Assembly: GCA_965552055.1 (NCBI GenBank) | Contig: CBEVQO010000010.1 | Location: 16,712-80,711, forward strand | Reading direction: 5' to 3' | Length of the DNA: 64,000 nt | Origin: an uncultured bacterium | Lineage (GTDB): Bacteria > Hydrothermota > UBA3073 > NMUJ01 > CBEVQO01 | Translations under genes and position numbers: made by a program | Notes under the pieces: generated by a model | The model's database searches: none | The model's input: only the letters and a program-made list of their open reading frames with translations | What the model was told of the DNA's origin: nothing | Shown here: piece after piece, positions 1 through 10,123 of the stretch | Position numbering within the stretch: position 1 is the stretch's first letter | Layout: the number at the start of each line of letters is the position of its first letter

Positions 1-1
1 A

Positions 2-727
2 TCCACCAAATGCCACAACATTCTTAACAGGTGAAAATTTAACACATTCAATAACTTTTGGATATTCTATTTCTTTTATTACTTTTCCTTTTTTCCAATC
101 CCATATTTTCAAAATACAGTCACTCCCTCCTGTTGCCAGATATTTTCCATCTTTCGAAAAGCTAATTGCATTTACCCAGTTCTTATGCTCACCGAGTAGT
201 TTTATCTTCTCCCTCTTTTCAACATCCCACAGAAATATTCTTTTATCCGCACTCCCTGATGCAAGTATTTTGCCATCAGGCGTAAATGAAAGTGCCTTAA
301 CAACCCAAGAATGACCTTTTAAAGAACCAATCTCCGAAAATGTATCAATATCCACAAGTGTTATTTTACCATTTTCATCACCAAAAGCAAGTATTTTACC
401 ATTTGGAGAAATAGCAAGAGACCATACTCTACTTTTTTGCTTAAATTCTTTCTTACAAATTACTGCTTTCCATATTTTCACCGTTTTATCATTTGACGCA
501 GATATCAAATATTTACCATCGGGAGTAAATTCCACATCATTTACATAGTGATTATGCGCCTTTATTTCTGTTAGCTTTGTCAATTTTGTGCTCCATTCTC
601 TTATCATGTTATCGTATCCGCCTGATGCTATTATTTTGCCATCAGGAGAAAATGCAACACATTTCGCCTGCATATCATGTGCTTTCACTTCCAAAACACA
701 AATTAAGATGCTACTTAGTATCAACAT
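2..727 (-). CDS. WD40-repeat beta-propeller protein, 3'-truncated by the window edge (not in ORF track)
   Basis: Manual translation from ATG 727: MLILSSILICVLEVKAHDMQAKCVAFSPDGKIIASGGYDNMIREW...GHSWVVKALSFTPDGKILASGSADKRIFLWD; repeated GH...F[ST]PDG...WD units; overlaps ftsK stop. Confidence 0.9.
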   Translation of the reverse strand, partial: MLILSSILICVLEVKAHDMQAKCVAFSPDGKIIASGGYDNMIREWSTKLTKLTEIKAHNHYVNDVEFTPDGKYLISASNDKTVKIWKAVICKKEFKQKSRVWSLAISPNGKILAFGDENGKITLVDIDTFSEIGSLKGHSWVVKALSFTPDGKILASGSADKRIFLWDVEKREKIKLLGEHKNWVNAISFSKDGKYLATGGSDCILKIWDWKKGKVIKEIEYPKVIECVKFSPVKNVVAFGG

Positions 728-3014
728 TTTCTCCCTCCTCTTTTAATGCCTCTCTTGGCACAAGCACTTCCCTTGCTTTACTACCCACATAAGGACCCAC
801 AATTCCTGCTTTTTCAAGCTGGTCAATCAATCTGCCTGCTCTTGCATAACCAATCTTGAAATGACGCTGCAATAAAGAAACAGAAGCTGTCTGATGCCTT
901 ATCACAAGCTTTTTGGCTTCTTCAAATAAGGGGTCTAACTCTTCTGATAATTCCTCTTTCTTCTCCCCTATTTTCACCGTTATCTCTGGAGTTTTATAAT
1001 ACTCAATATGCATTAATTTTTCCATTAACTCATCTTTATCTATTCCATTTTCTTCTGCATATCTTTTGCAAAAACTTTCTATCCTTTCGATTCCTCCTGG
1101 TATTCTTCCTTTATAAATAAGTGCATCTATTAAATCTTCTTCCACTATTTTTTGTGCAAGTTTCCTGTCTCCCGTTAATCTTTCAAGATAGGCTCTTGCC
1201 CAGATACCTGCAAGGGTTTTAGCTTCTTCGGTTGAGATATAAGCACCATGTAATCTTACAGGCGTGCCTTTGCCGGGTGGCAGGAAAAGCATATCACCTT
1301 TTCCAAGTAATTTTTCAGCACCTATCATATCGAGTATCGTGCGTGAATCTGAGCGCGATGCAACAAGGAAAGCAATCCTTGCAGGGAAATTCGCTTTTAT
1401 TAAGCCTGTTATTATATCAACCGAAGGTCTTTGCGTAGCAATCACTATATGTATTCCCACGGCTCTTGACATTTGAGCAAGTCGCGTTAATATTTCTTCA
1501 ATTTCACGCGGAGCAGTTAGCATCAAATCTGCAAGCTCATCAATAACTATAACGATGTAAGGCTTTTTCTTTTCTGCCTTCTTATTATAATCTTCTATAT
1601 CCCTGACAGCAAATTTTGCAAATTCTTTATATCTTGCTTCCATCCAGCAGAGCGCCTCTTTCAAAGCGTTAAGCGCCTCTTTGGGCTCATTTATTACCGG
1701 CATAACAAGATGTGGAATCCCGTTATATATCGTCAATTCAAGTCTTTTCGGGTCTATCATCAGAAATTGCACCTCATCTGGCTTTGCACGATACAATATA
1801 CTTGCCACAAGTGCATTTAAACATACACTTTTGCCAGAACCCGTTGCCCCTGCAATCAAAAGATGCGGACACTCAGCAAGGTCAAAACAAAAAGATTCTC
1901 CAGATGTATCGTCTCCTATCGCAAATGTCAGTTTTGACTTTGAGTTTGTGAATTTCGGTGATACTAAAATCTTTTTTAAATAAACGGTATATCTCTTCTT
2001 ATTTGGAACTTCTATTCCAACAACGGATTTTCCTTCAATGGGTGCTATTCTGACGCTCCCCGATTTTAATGATAAGCCAAGTTCATCCGCAAGATTTACT
2101 ATCTGATTTATTTTTATACCGGGTGCAGGTTCATATTCGTAACATGTTATAACAGGACCGTATCGTACATTTACAACTTTACCTTTTATCCTGAATTCCT
2201 CGAGTCGATTCTCAAGTGCTTTTATCTTGCGAATAATCTCATCTTTGTCAACCTGATAGCTTACAGGCTCATGCAGAATCTTCAAAAATTCTTTTTGTAA
2301 AGATTGTAAATCGTAATCTTCTTCAGCTTCCTTTACAGAAACTTCTTTCTCAACTTTTACTTCGGGTAATTTTTCTTTTTCTTCTTTCTCTTCTTCTTTT
2401 TCTTCTCTTTTCTCGATTATTACTTTTCTTTTCCTCTTTTCCTTTATTTTTCTTTTCTTTTTAGGTATTTTCAGTGGAATAACGGGTATAAACAATGCTG
2501 TCAATATTATCCATCTACCGATATTTCCCATAAATTTCGTAAAGAAATAAAGAAGTTTTTCACCAACTATTCCTCCGTAATTTTTATCAAAATTCGAAAG
2601 TATGGTTGATAGCAAAATTGTCCCGAAAAATGTCCTTAAAGATATCTCTACTAATTTATCCTTTTTGTCATAAGGTGCTAATCCCCAGATGATTAAAAGT
2701 GCAGGAATAAAATATCCTGTAAACCCAAAAGTCCACATTATAATTCGGGAGACAGCTGCTCCCATCAACCCACCCTTATTTTGTATATCCTGCAAAATCT
2801 TGAACCCAGTATAATCAGCAGGATTATAAGTTACAAGACTCAAAAGTATAAAAATACCGAGAGTCAACATTATGCCTCTCAAAAGCTTATATTTCGCTTC
2901 TTCTGAGAGACTTAAAATTTTTTTATAAGATGCCCTTAAAATAGCGTATAACGCAAACAGTCCTGCTGCAATTATAACAGCGTAAAACAGGTATTCTAAA
3001 GTTTGATGTATCAT
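711..3014 (-). CDS. ftsK: DNA translocase FtsK/SpoIIIE
   Basis: N-terminal TM region, Walker A GATGSGKS, IDELADLM, ATQRPSVD, gamma domain SVSLLQRHFKIGYARAGRLIDQLE. Confidence 0.97.
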   Translation of the reverse strand: MIHQTLEYLFYAVIIAAGLFALYAILRASYKKILSLSEEAKYKLLRGIMLTLGIFILLSLVTYNPADYTGFKILQDIQNKGGLMGAAVSRIIMWTFGFTGYFIPALLIIWGLAPYDKKDKLVEISLRTFFGTILLSTILSNFDKNYGGIVGEKLLYFFTKFMGNIGRWIILTALFIPVIPLKIPKKKRKIKEKRKRKVIIEKREEKEEEKEEKEKLPEVKVEKEVSVKEAEEDYDLQSLQKEFLKILHEPVSYQVDKDEIIRKIKALENRLEEFRIKGKVVNVRYGPVITCYEYEPAPGIKINQIVNLADELGLSLKSGSVRIAPIEGKSVVGIEVPNKKRYTVYLKKILVSPKFTNSKSKLTFAIGDDTSGESFCFDLAECPHLLIAGATGSGKSVCLNALVASILYRAKPDEVQFLMIDPKRLELTIYNGIPHLVMPVINEPKEALNALKEALCWMEARYKEFAKFAVRDIEDYNKKAEKKKPYIVIVIDELADLMLTAPREIEEILTRLAQMSRAVGIHIVIATQRPSVDIITGLIKANFPARIAFLVASRSDSRTILDMIGAEKLLGKGDMLFLPPGKGTPVRLHGAYISTEEAKTLAGIWARAYLERLTGDRKLAQKIVEEDLIDALIYKGRIPGGIERIESFCKRYAEENGIDKDELMEKLMHIEYYKTPEITVKIGEKKEELSEELDPLFEEAKKLVIRHQTASVSLLQRHFKIGYARAGRLIDQLEKAGIVGPYVGSKAREVLVPREALKEEGENVDTK

Positions 3015-3023
3015 ACCATACTT

Positions 3024-3050
3024 AATTTACTTCTTTTCTCAAAATGTCAA
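3024..3050 (-). promoter_or_regulatory. Promoter for ftsK, TTGACA-N15-TAAATT
   Basis: -35 at 3050-3045, -10 at 3029-3024. Confidence 0.6.
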
Positions 3051-3051
3051 G

Positions 3052-3474
3052 CTATAATTCTTTGTAACGCTCTTCAAAAAAGATATGGAAAAAAGATTTT
3101 AACACTTGTTTGGCTTCGTCCTTTGTAACCGCCGTTTCTATGCGAAGTACAGGAACATATCCTTTTTTCTTATTGTGTTGAATTATCCTTGTAAGTTCTG
3201 CTGATATGCATTTTAATATTTTTGCTGGAAGTTCTTCTGCATATTGGTTAATCAATTTATGCGGCTGTTTCAAACCAATACTAAAATAAGTAAGAAAAAG
3301 CTCGCCTTCCAGTTCCCTCACAGCCACACTTTCAAGGCTCATAGAGGATATAGAAAGTTCCCTTTCTTCTATCGAAAAAGTAATTAAAGGTATTTTCTTA
3401 CCGCTTTTAATTAAAGGAGTGATAATTTTGTTTAAATATTCGTAAATCTCTTCAATAGCACCCTTAGATGACAT
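3052..3474 (-). CDS. Hypothetical protein
   Basis: 140-aa ORF 3 bp downstream of the HD gene, same strand; no motif recognised. Confidence 0.6.
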   Translation of the reverse strand: MSSKGAIEEIYEYLNKIITPLIKSGKKIPLITFSIEERELSISSMSLESVAVRELEGELFLTYFSIGLKQPHKLINQYAEELPAKILKCISAELTRIIQHNKKKGYVPVLRIETAVTKDEAKQVLKSFFHIFFEERYKEL

Positions 3475-3477
3475 AAT

Positions 3478-4032
3478 TCACAATCCTAATTCATTTGAAA
3501 TTCCTTTTAAAGCATTTAAACTAATTTCCAAAAATTCATCCAGATTTATCCCGAGTTTCTCACACAGCATTATATCTTCTCTTTTCACATTTCTTGCGAA
3601 ATCTTTTTGCTTAAATTTTTTCTTCAAAGAACTTACTTTTACTTCTTCAAGTTTTTTATTTGGCATGACCAGTGCAGTGGCTATTATGAGTCCCGAAACC
3701 TGGTCTGCTGCTCGCAAAGCATACGCTATTTTTTCTTCACATTTAAACCCGGTGAGCTCATTATGTGCTTTTATTGCATTTAAAGCAATTTCTGGCAATA
3801 AACCTTTCAAAATATTTTCGGTGGATTCTATTCCGTGACGCTCAAAATTCCCTCCTACGATTTCATAATCAATATCATGAAGCAGACCGGTTAGTTCCCA
3901 CAGATTTTCATCCTCTCCCATCTTTTGAGCTAAAGCCTTCATAATCACAGAAACCGCTAACATGTGCTTAAGCAATTTATCATTCTTAACATATTCTTTT
4001 ATCATTTTTAGCCCTTCCTCTCTATCAACCAT
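3478..4032 (-). CDS. HDIG-type HD-domain phosphohydrolase
   Basis: KHMLAV...GLLHDIDYE...HG...AH...AADQVSG; LKKKFKQKDFA motif. Confidence 0.9.
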   Translation of the reverse strand: MVDREEGLKMIKEYVKNDKLLKHMLAVSVIMKALAQKMGEDENLWELTGLLHDIDYEIVGGNFERHGIESTENILKGLLPEIALNAIKAHNELTGFKCEEKIAYALRAADQVSGLIIATALVMPNKKLEEVKVSSLKKKFKQKDFARNVKREDIMLCEKLGINLDEFLEISLNALKGISNELGL

Positions 4033-6224
4033 TTTAACCTCCTGTTAAAAACTATCATGCAAATTATCAGTATAAGCGAAATTAAAGATAAAATTCTTCC
4101 AATTTTATAAGTTTTTGGGTAATAAATCATTTTCAAAATATGTCTTCCTGCTGGAATTTCTACTGCTCTAAAAGTATAATCTGCTATTAAAATTTTAACG
4201 GGTTTATCATCTAAAAAAGCATACCACCCTGGAGCCCAGTTTTCAGAAAGCCATAATATCCCATTTTCAGAAGTATAAAGGGATAAAATTATCTTTTCAG
4301 GTTCGTATTTTATAACCTTTATCCAGTTTTCACCGTGTTTCCCGTAATTTAACCGGGGTTCCTCCTCAAGTATCAGTTCATTTCTGTAATCAAATTCATC
4401 CTGCGATAATGTTTTTAAAATCTCCGAAGTATCTTTCAAAACTCTATATTTGTAAAAGAATTTAAACCGTGGCATAAAATCTTTATTTAGTCCAAGATAT
4501 ATTCGCATATTTTGCGTATCCACAACGATTCTGTATTTTACATTGAGTAAATCGAGCTTCCTTTCTTTATCTATCTTAAAATTTGCATACCTTTTCAGTT
4601 TGAGAGGGGTGAATCCTTCTATCAGCTCGATTCGGCTTATCAGACCCTGATTACGCCGTAAAATCATATATCCGCCAATCCTGGCATTTACCCTGAAAAA
4701 TTCTTTTCGCCTCTCTTTCTTCAAATATGAAACCAGAGCATCCTCCCTGAAAAATTTCTCAGCAGGTATCCTTGACACATGAAAATTATGCGAAAACCAC
4801 CACAGATCGAAATAACTCAAAACAAAAAGAGGAAGCCAGTAGTATTTCATTTTCTTTGCAAAATTTATAAAAATTATTCCCAAAGTTAGCATAAAAATGG
4901 CAAAAGTACTTTGGTTTATCATGTTATTGTATATTTTATCAATCCTTGTAAATTGATTCAAATTTCTGAAAGCTCCTGCTAACAGCAATAAATAAAAAAG
5001 CCAACATATTGCAAGAAAAGCCCAAAGGTATTTTTTTGTTTTTTCTTTTAAATTCCTTAATTGTTGAAGTGCCATTCCTGCAAGTATACTGGCACAAAAA
5101 ATCGTAAGTACTATCATCCGTGAAGGACAACGGAATTTATTTAAACCAGGCAATATGTTATACAAAAGATTATAAAGAGGTGAATATCTGCCCATTGAAA
5201 GTAGCAAAAAGATACCGGCAGACAGATAAAGGAAATATCTAAACGAACGCCTTGATTCCCTTTTAAAAGATAAGAACGAAAGTATAAAAGGAATTATTCC
5301 AAAGAATACGCATGTCTCCCAAAAAGAGCCATAGAGCCTATCACCACCCCAAAAATAAACAGTATCGGTGCCTGTTGCAGTTTTACTGCCAAAAAGCTTC
5401 GGAACGATAAACAACAAAAACAAAGAAGGATGCAAAGAATTAGTAGTGCAAAATTTATAATCTACCTTTTGACGCACCGTATATTTAACATATTCAAACG
5501 CAGGTAAGTATTGAATTGCGGACATTAATCCACCCATTACAGCAAGCAAAATAAAAGAAATAAGATAGAATTTCCAGTTTTTAAGCCTTGTTAGAATTCT
5601 CCAGATAAAAAATAGGGTTAAAAAATAAAGCACATAAAGTGAAACTTGAGGAAAACCTACCAGCATCATCAATCCCACTCCCAAAGCTGCAATTGCAATA
5701 AATTTGAAGTTACGCTCCTCAAATCCCCTGTAAAGAAAATAGAAGTTAAAAGGCAACCAGCAAAATGTCTGCAAAATCGCCGCATTCAATAACCTTAAAG
5801 ATAAAAAACCACAAAACATAAATACACACGAAGAAAAAAGAGAATAGACAAAATCCATCTTCAAATATCTGCAAGACAGAAAAATGAAAAAACCGGCAAA
5901 TAAAAGATGAAAAAGTAAAAGCCATTCAAAAGCATAAAAAGATAATTTGCTTTTTGTAAAAAGAATCAAAAACCAGTATGGTAGATAAAAAATGCCTGTC
6001 TCAACATCGCCAAGAAATGAATTGCCAGAAAAAATGTAAGAAGCCCACAAAGGAATTCTCAACTCTTTTAACGATGTAACAATATAATTAACTTGCGGAT
6101 AAAAAAGATAAAGCGTATCCTCCCATAAAAAATACTTTTTTATGCAGATAGGAAAATGAAATATACAGAGCAAAACAAAAAGGATAATAAATGCTTTTAA
6201 CTTTTCTTTTGCGACAAAGGACAT
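4008..6224 (-). CDS. YfhO-family polytopic membrane protein (GT-C-like)
   Basis: PLW..YIFSG, FYLP, FRCPSR, C-terminal ENWAPGW.AFLD...ADYTFRAVEIPAGRH; start refined to ATG 6224. Confidence 0.85.
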   Translation of the reverse strand: MSFVAKEKLKAFIILFVLLCIFHFPICIKKYFLWEDTLYLFYPQVNYIVTSLKELRIPLWASYIFSGNSFLGDVETGIFYLPYWFLILFTKSKLSFYAFEWLLLFHLLFAGFFIFLSCRYLKMDFVYSLFSSCVFMFCGFLSLRLLNAAILQTFCWLPFNFYFLYRGFEERNFKFIAIAALGVGLMMLVGFPQVSLYVLYFLTLFFIWRILTRLKNWKFYLISFILLAVMGGLMSAIQYLPAFEYVKYTVRQKVDYKFCTTNSLHPSLFLLFIVPKLFGSKTATGTDTVYFWGGDRLYGSFWETCVFFGIIPFILSFLSFKRESRRSFRYFLYLSAGIFLLLSMGRYSPLYNLLYNILPGLNKFRCPSRMIVLTIFCASILAGMALQQLRNLKEKTKKYLWAFLAICWLFYLLLLAGAFRNLNQFTRIDKIYNNMINQSTFAIFMLTLGIIFINFAKKMKYYWLPLFVLSYFDLWWFSHNFHVSRIPAEKFFREDALVSYLKKERRKEFFRVNARIGGYMILRRNQGLISRIELIEGFTPLKLKRYANFKIDKERKLDLLNVKYRIVVDTQNMRIYLGLNKDFMPRFKFFYKYRVLKDTSEILKTLSQDEFDYRNELILEEEPRLNYGKHGENWIKVIKYEPEKIILSLYTSENGILWLSENWAPGWYAFLDDKPVKILIADYTFRAVEIPAGRHILKMIYYPKTYKIGRILSLISLILIICMIVFNRRLKWLIERKG

Positions 6225-6418
6225 TGCGAACAAGTTTGAGAAGTACAGGTAGAACACGCATTCCCCTTACTTACCCCCAGAATATTAATACCTCCGTAAA
6301 CCCTCTTTAAATTTTTGCTTCCACATTTTATGCATTTAACTTTATCGCGCTGGGACATAGGAACATCTATTTCAAATCTTTCTTTACAGTCCTCACATAT
6401 AAACTCATATATCGGCAT
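6197..6418 (-). CDS. FmdB-family zinc-ribbon protein
   Basis: MPIYEFICEDC...CIKCGS plus Cys-rich tail; start refined to ATG 6418. Confidence 0.9.
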   Translation of the reverse strand: MPIYEFICEDCKERFEIDVPMSQRDKVKCIKCGSKNLKRVYGGINILGVSKGNACSTCTSQTCSQCPLSQKKS

Positions 6419-6803
6419 GTTTGATGAATTTTCCTTTCGCTTCTGCAATTATTCTTTCACCTGCTTTCACTACTGCCTCACCTATCGCTAATCTGCCTTT
6501 TTCCTTCACTACCTTGCCGTAAATCTGCACCCTCTCACCAATCTTTAAGGGATTCCTGAACCTCACCTCAAGATGCGCGGTAAATGCATCATAACCCCTT
6601 ATCCTGCATGCCCAGGCTATCGCTTCATCTAACAAAGTAATCACAATTCCTCCATGAGTTATACCAGGATACCCCTGATGATATTCATTTGGAGTGAATT
6701 CTGCAAGGACACCCCCTTCGTGTTCTTTGAACGAAAGTTTCAATCCTATTTTGTTTGCCTTACCACATGCAAAACACATATTTTCAGCAGTATACGGCAT
6801 CAT
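6405..6803 (-). CDS. PaaI-family hotdog thioesterase
   Basis: CFACG..N.IGL, HQGYPGITHGG..TLLDE. Confidence 0.92.
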   Translation of the reverse strand: MMPYTAENMCFACGKANKIGLKLSFKEHEGGVLAEFTPNEYHQGYPGITHGGIVITLLDEAIAWACRIRGYDAFTAHLEVRFRNPLKIGERVQIYGKVVKEKGRLAIGEAVVKAGERIIAEAKGKFIKHADI

Positions 6804-8659
6804 AACTTTATTAATTTACCGGTAAATTTGCTTACACCACACTTTATGATATAAAAATAAACACCAGATTTTAAATCTTCGCCTATTTTTATCGCACCTT
6901 CTTTTATCTTTACTTCTTTTAACATTCGACCCGTGCAATCGTAAATCCTGATGAAATTATCACCAGAGCGATTTAGATAAAGAGTTGCATAATTTGTAAA
7001 AGGATTTGGATAAATCTTAAAAATATTTTCATTTTCTTCGGATAACGACTGCAGATTAAGATAAACTTTCCACAGCGCAGTATCCGATAACTCACCATCA
7101 GAAACAATAACACTGACATACATAGAAGTATCAACATAAATAAAGATTGAAGAATCGCCATAAATTTCATTTCCCTTAAATTTCCATAGATAACTTAAAC
7201 TATCTCTATCAGGGTCTATTGCATTTACCAGAAATTCAATCGTATCTTTTTGATTTAAACTGCACACAGGAGAAGGATATACAGATTTGATTACAGGTTT
7301 ATCGTTTATCTCATACAGCAAAACCCTTAAAGTATCGTTTCCTCTTATAGTATCATATTGAAACAATGAATAAACTTTTATCTCATAATTTGTGCGACTA
7401 TAAGGACAGAGCCACTTACCAAAATCAAGCAAAAATGTATCATAATTTTGATGAGTAATCGAATATGAAGTGAGTAAAGAAGTATCTTTTGAAATTATCT
7501 CACATCCAAAAGGTAAATTTTTACCAAATAAACTTCTGAAAGTAAAACTAAATTTTAATTCATAACTTGAATCAAGTTTTACGGTGCATGGCAAAAAGTG
7601 ATTTAACAGCTTCACATCTTTCCTCTTTATCAATGTAAAAGTATCTATCAAAAATGTATCAAAAGATGTTGTATCCATACCGATTGTTTTACATGTTAAT
7701 TTCAGATTTTCTATCTTCAACACTAAATAATGATAATTTTTGGAGCTAACAGCTGTCCATGGTGAATCGGCAGGCGTATGCAAAGGTGCACCTCCACCTC
7801 CCGTTGTTATGTAAACGACACCATTTATCTTCTTTGTACGCATATAAATATGATTATGACCATTGAATACAATATCTACTTTATTTGCAAAAAGAGGACA
7901 CCAAACTTTACGAATGGTCATATCACAACCATGTGAACTGCTGGCAGAATAAGGGGGACGATGAAAATAAACAAAAATCCAGTCAATTGATAAATCCTGG
8001 ATAGCAGAAGATAAAACCTCTTTTAAAAAGAGATATTGAGAAGAAAGTGTGTCCGATAAATTCGGGTCTTCACTATTTAAAGAAATAAACAGGGAATTAA
8101 GATATTTGAAGCGATAAAACCATTCTGTATCTGGTAGCGCAAAAATAGAAATATATTGAGTGTAGGGAGATTCATGATTGCCAATCGCCGGCATAAAAGG
8201 AATGGATGAAGAAAAAGTATCAATTATTGAAAAAAGCGAATCCCACTCCAAAATATTACTTCCACTCGAGACAAGGTCACCTGTATGCAACACAAAATCA
8301 AAATCTTCTTTTATGAAATTTTCAACAAGTTTCTTATGAAGTGAGAAACGAGAACGACTATCACCGTAAGACAAAAACGAAAAAGAAAAACCAGTATCAG
8401 GTGGAGTTTTAAAGCCATAAATTTTATCACCTATTTTGTAATAATAAAAAGTAGAAGGAGATAAGCCACTTATCTTTACATGATGAAGGGTATCGGAAAT
8501 CCCAAGATTTATGGTATCAAAATCAAGGGTATCTGCACCGAAAAGCAAAGATGTAGTTTCAAAAGTATCCGTCTTCCACGAAATATAAATGGAATTGATA
8601 GAATCGGCAAAAGATAAATAAGGTTGCCATTTAATCCCCATAATTAATAATACAATCAT
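6800..8659 (-). CDS. Purple-acid-phosphatase-like metallophosphoesterase with T9SS-type C-terminal domain
   Basis: GDSR, HTGDLV, GNHE, GHNHIY motifs; C-terminal IYPNPF...IYD..GR...SGVYF. Confidence 0.88.
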   Translation of the reverse strand: MIVLLIMGIKWQPYLSFADSINSIYISWKTDTFETTSLLFGADTLDFDTINLGISDTLHHVKISGLSPSTFYYYKIGDKIYGFKTPPDTGFSFSFLSYGDSRSRFSLHKKLVENFIKEDFDFVLHTGDLVSSGSNILEWDSLFSIIDTFSSSIPFMPAIGNHESPYTQYISIFALPDTEWFYRFKYLNSLFISLNSEDPNLSDTLSSQYLFLKEVLSSAIQDLSIDWIFVYFHRPPYSASSSHGCDMTIRKVWCPLFANKVDIVFNGHNHIYMRTKKINGVVYITTGGGGAPLHTPADSPWTAVSSKNYHYLVLKIENLKLTCKTIGMDTTSFDTFLIDTFTLIKRKDVKLLNHFLPCTVKLDSSYELKFSFTFRSLFGKNLPFGCEIISKDTSLLTSYSITHQNYDTFLLDFGKWLCPYSRTNYEIKVYSLFQYDTIRGNDTLRVLLYEINDKPVIKSVYPSPVCSLNQKDTIEFLVNAIDPDRDSLSYLWKFKGNEIYGDSSIFIYVDTSMYVSVIVSDGELSDTALWKVYLNLQSLSEENENIFKIYPNPFTNYATLYLNRSGDNFIRIYDCTGRMLKEVKIKEGAIKIGEDLKSGVYFYIIKCGVSKFTGKLIKL

Positions 8660-9486
8660 TTAAGAGTTACTTTTAGTGTATAAGGTTTTGTTACATGAGA
8701 GGGCAAATCTTCTCCCTTTCCATACCATGAAAGAGATAAGAATGGTCTCACTTTTATGAAATAATCACCTGATTCAACTTCACGAGTAAGGGTAATGCTT
8801 GCACCACATGTTGATTCATAAGTATAAGCGATTTCAGCACCGTTTGCATCATAAAGATGCACTTCGATTGCAACATCATCAGGAACATCTTCCACCCTGA
8901 CATATAGCGTGCCGGAAGCAGTTTTGAAACTAAAGCAATCCGCATAATCTTCAAGAGATGAGGGCTCACCTGCAAACATATAAGGATGATAAGTGCTGTC
9001 AATTTCAATCGGAGTAGCTTCGCTAAGATTATCGTTGGGCTCATAGGGGTCAGGAACTTCTATGTATGAAACACTGAAAGTATAAGATTTTGAGCTCAGT
9101 TCCTCTGTCCAGCCTCCCCATGCTTCAACGAGCGCATAATAAAATGTGCCCGATTTAACAGCCAGCCAGATGTGAAGATTTGCACCCTCCGTTGGCTCAT
9201 ACGCATCAGCAACTTTTACCCTATCGTGATTGTATATTTTAAGCGAGGGCTCCATTGGAAATGGTTCAAGCGAGAAGATAAGAACACTGCCATGCACAGG
9301 AAGAGAATCCGTCGGAATAAGGAAATAATCTTTGTCATCTCTCTCCGAAATATAAGCCTTTACCGATTGACCGGGATAAATCTTATACGCTGAGTCCATG
9401 TCATCATTGGGCTCGGTAGGGTCCTTTTTAACGAATTCGCATCCGAGAACCCCAAAAAGAATGAAGGTAAAAAACAAATACCTCAT
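8656..9486 (-). CDS. Lipoprotein with two PPC-like (EPND...D.DY/F) domains
   Basis: Lipobox VLGC; repeated EPND and D.F motifs; SD GGAGG. Confidence 0.75.
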   Translation of the reverse strand: MRYLFFTFILFGVLGCEFVKKDPTEPNDDMDSAYKIYPGQSVKAYISERDDKDYFLIPTDSLPVHGSVLIFSLEPFPMEPSLKIYNHDRVKVADAYEPTEGANLHIWLAVKSGTFYYALVEAWGGWTEELSSKSYTFSVSYIEVPDPYEPNDNLSEATPIEIDSTYHPYMFAGEPSSLEDYADCFSFKTASGTLYVRVEDVPDDVAIEVHLYDANGAEIAYTYESTCGASITLTREVESGDYFIKVRPFLSLSWYGKGEDLPSHVTKPYTLKVTLK

Positions 9487-9503
9487 AGCCCCTCCTTTTA
9501 TTC

Positions 9504-9530
9504 ATTATAATGAAACCTCATGGTTGTCAA
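9504..9530 (-). promoter_or_regulatory. Perfect TTGACA-N15-TATAAT promoter
   Basis: -35 at 9530-9525, -10 at 9509-9504. Confidence 0.75.
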
Positions 9531-9540
9531 CATTTTTTAT

Positions 9541-9610
9541 TTTTAGCCCCGCCTTCCTGTCCCCACCGCCCTCACAACCCATATGTAATGCACTCGCTTC
9601 GCTCGTAATA
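9541..9610. repeat. GC-rich intergenic repeat, short copy
   Basis: TTTTAGCCCCGCCT..CTGTCCCCACC...CAACCC.TATGTAA..CTCGCTTCGCTCG shared with 12957-13126. Confidence 0.7.
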
Positions 9611-9702
9611 AATTACTTGACATTTCCCATTATTAATTATACAATTATGATGCAAACTCTAACCTATAAAATGGTAAAGGAAGGAAAAAATTCACTGTAA
9701 AA

Positions 9703-9969
9703 ATGGAACCCAGAAGGAATAATAAGATTATAAATGCTTTCATGAAATGGTATAATAAAAAGCATAATAAGAAAACAAAAGTATTATGGATAATTCTTGG
9801 TGGCGGTATATTTATCTTTGGAATTCCACTTTTGATTATAGTATGGTGTCAATTCAAAATAGGAAAAGGAACTCCTGTACTTCTCCAGCCAAATTCGGCA
9901 AACACCATATTTGCGGCTCTCCTAGCTCATAGTAAAAATTTTAACAATAAATCAAAAATTTTAACATAA
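9703..9969 (+). pseudogene. Probable remnant of an isoprenylcysteine-carboxyl-methyltransferase-like membrane protein
   Basis: TM segment followed by QFKIGKGTPV, then the frame runs into low-complexity repeats. Confidence 0.45.
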
Positions 9970-10027
9970 ATCTTAAAAAATTTAACAAAAAATTTAAAAA
10001 TTTTAACAAAATTATTAAAATTTTAAA
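9934..10027. repeat. Five phased AAAAATTTTAACA-like direct repeats
   Basis: TTAAC cores at 9941, 9961, 9982 and 10003, and TTAAA at 10023 (periods 20, 21, 21, 20). Confidence 0.75.
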
Positions 10028-10066
10028 CTGCACCAAAATTCGCTCGAATAAATTTTAAAAATTTCA

Positions 10067-10093
10067 TTGACATCTGGAAGATAAGCATAAATT
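10067..10093 (+). promoter_or_regulatory. nrdD promoter, TTGACA-N15-TAAATT
   Basis: -35 at 10067-72, -10 at 10088-93; SD GGGGAGGG before ATG 10124. Confidence 0.6.
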
Positions 10094-10123
10094 TTAAGAG
10101 TGATATTTTAAGGGGAGGGTAAA

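Noticed and set aside
9902..9917. NrdR box (ACACCATATTTGCGGC) for nrdD
   Set aside because: Poor right half-site, single copy, ~150 bp upstream of the promoter
9934..10027. CRISPR array
   Set aside because: Units are only 20-21 bp in total, with no unique spacers and no cas genes
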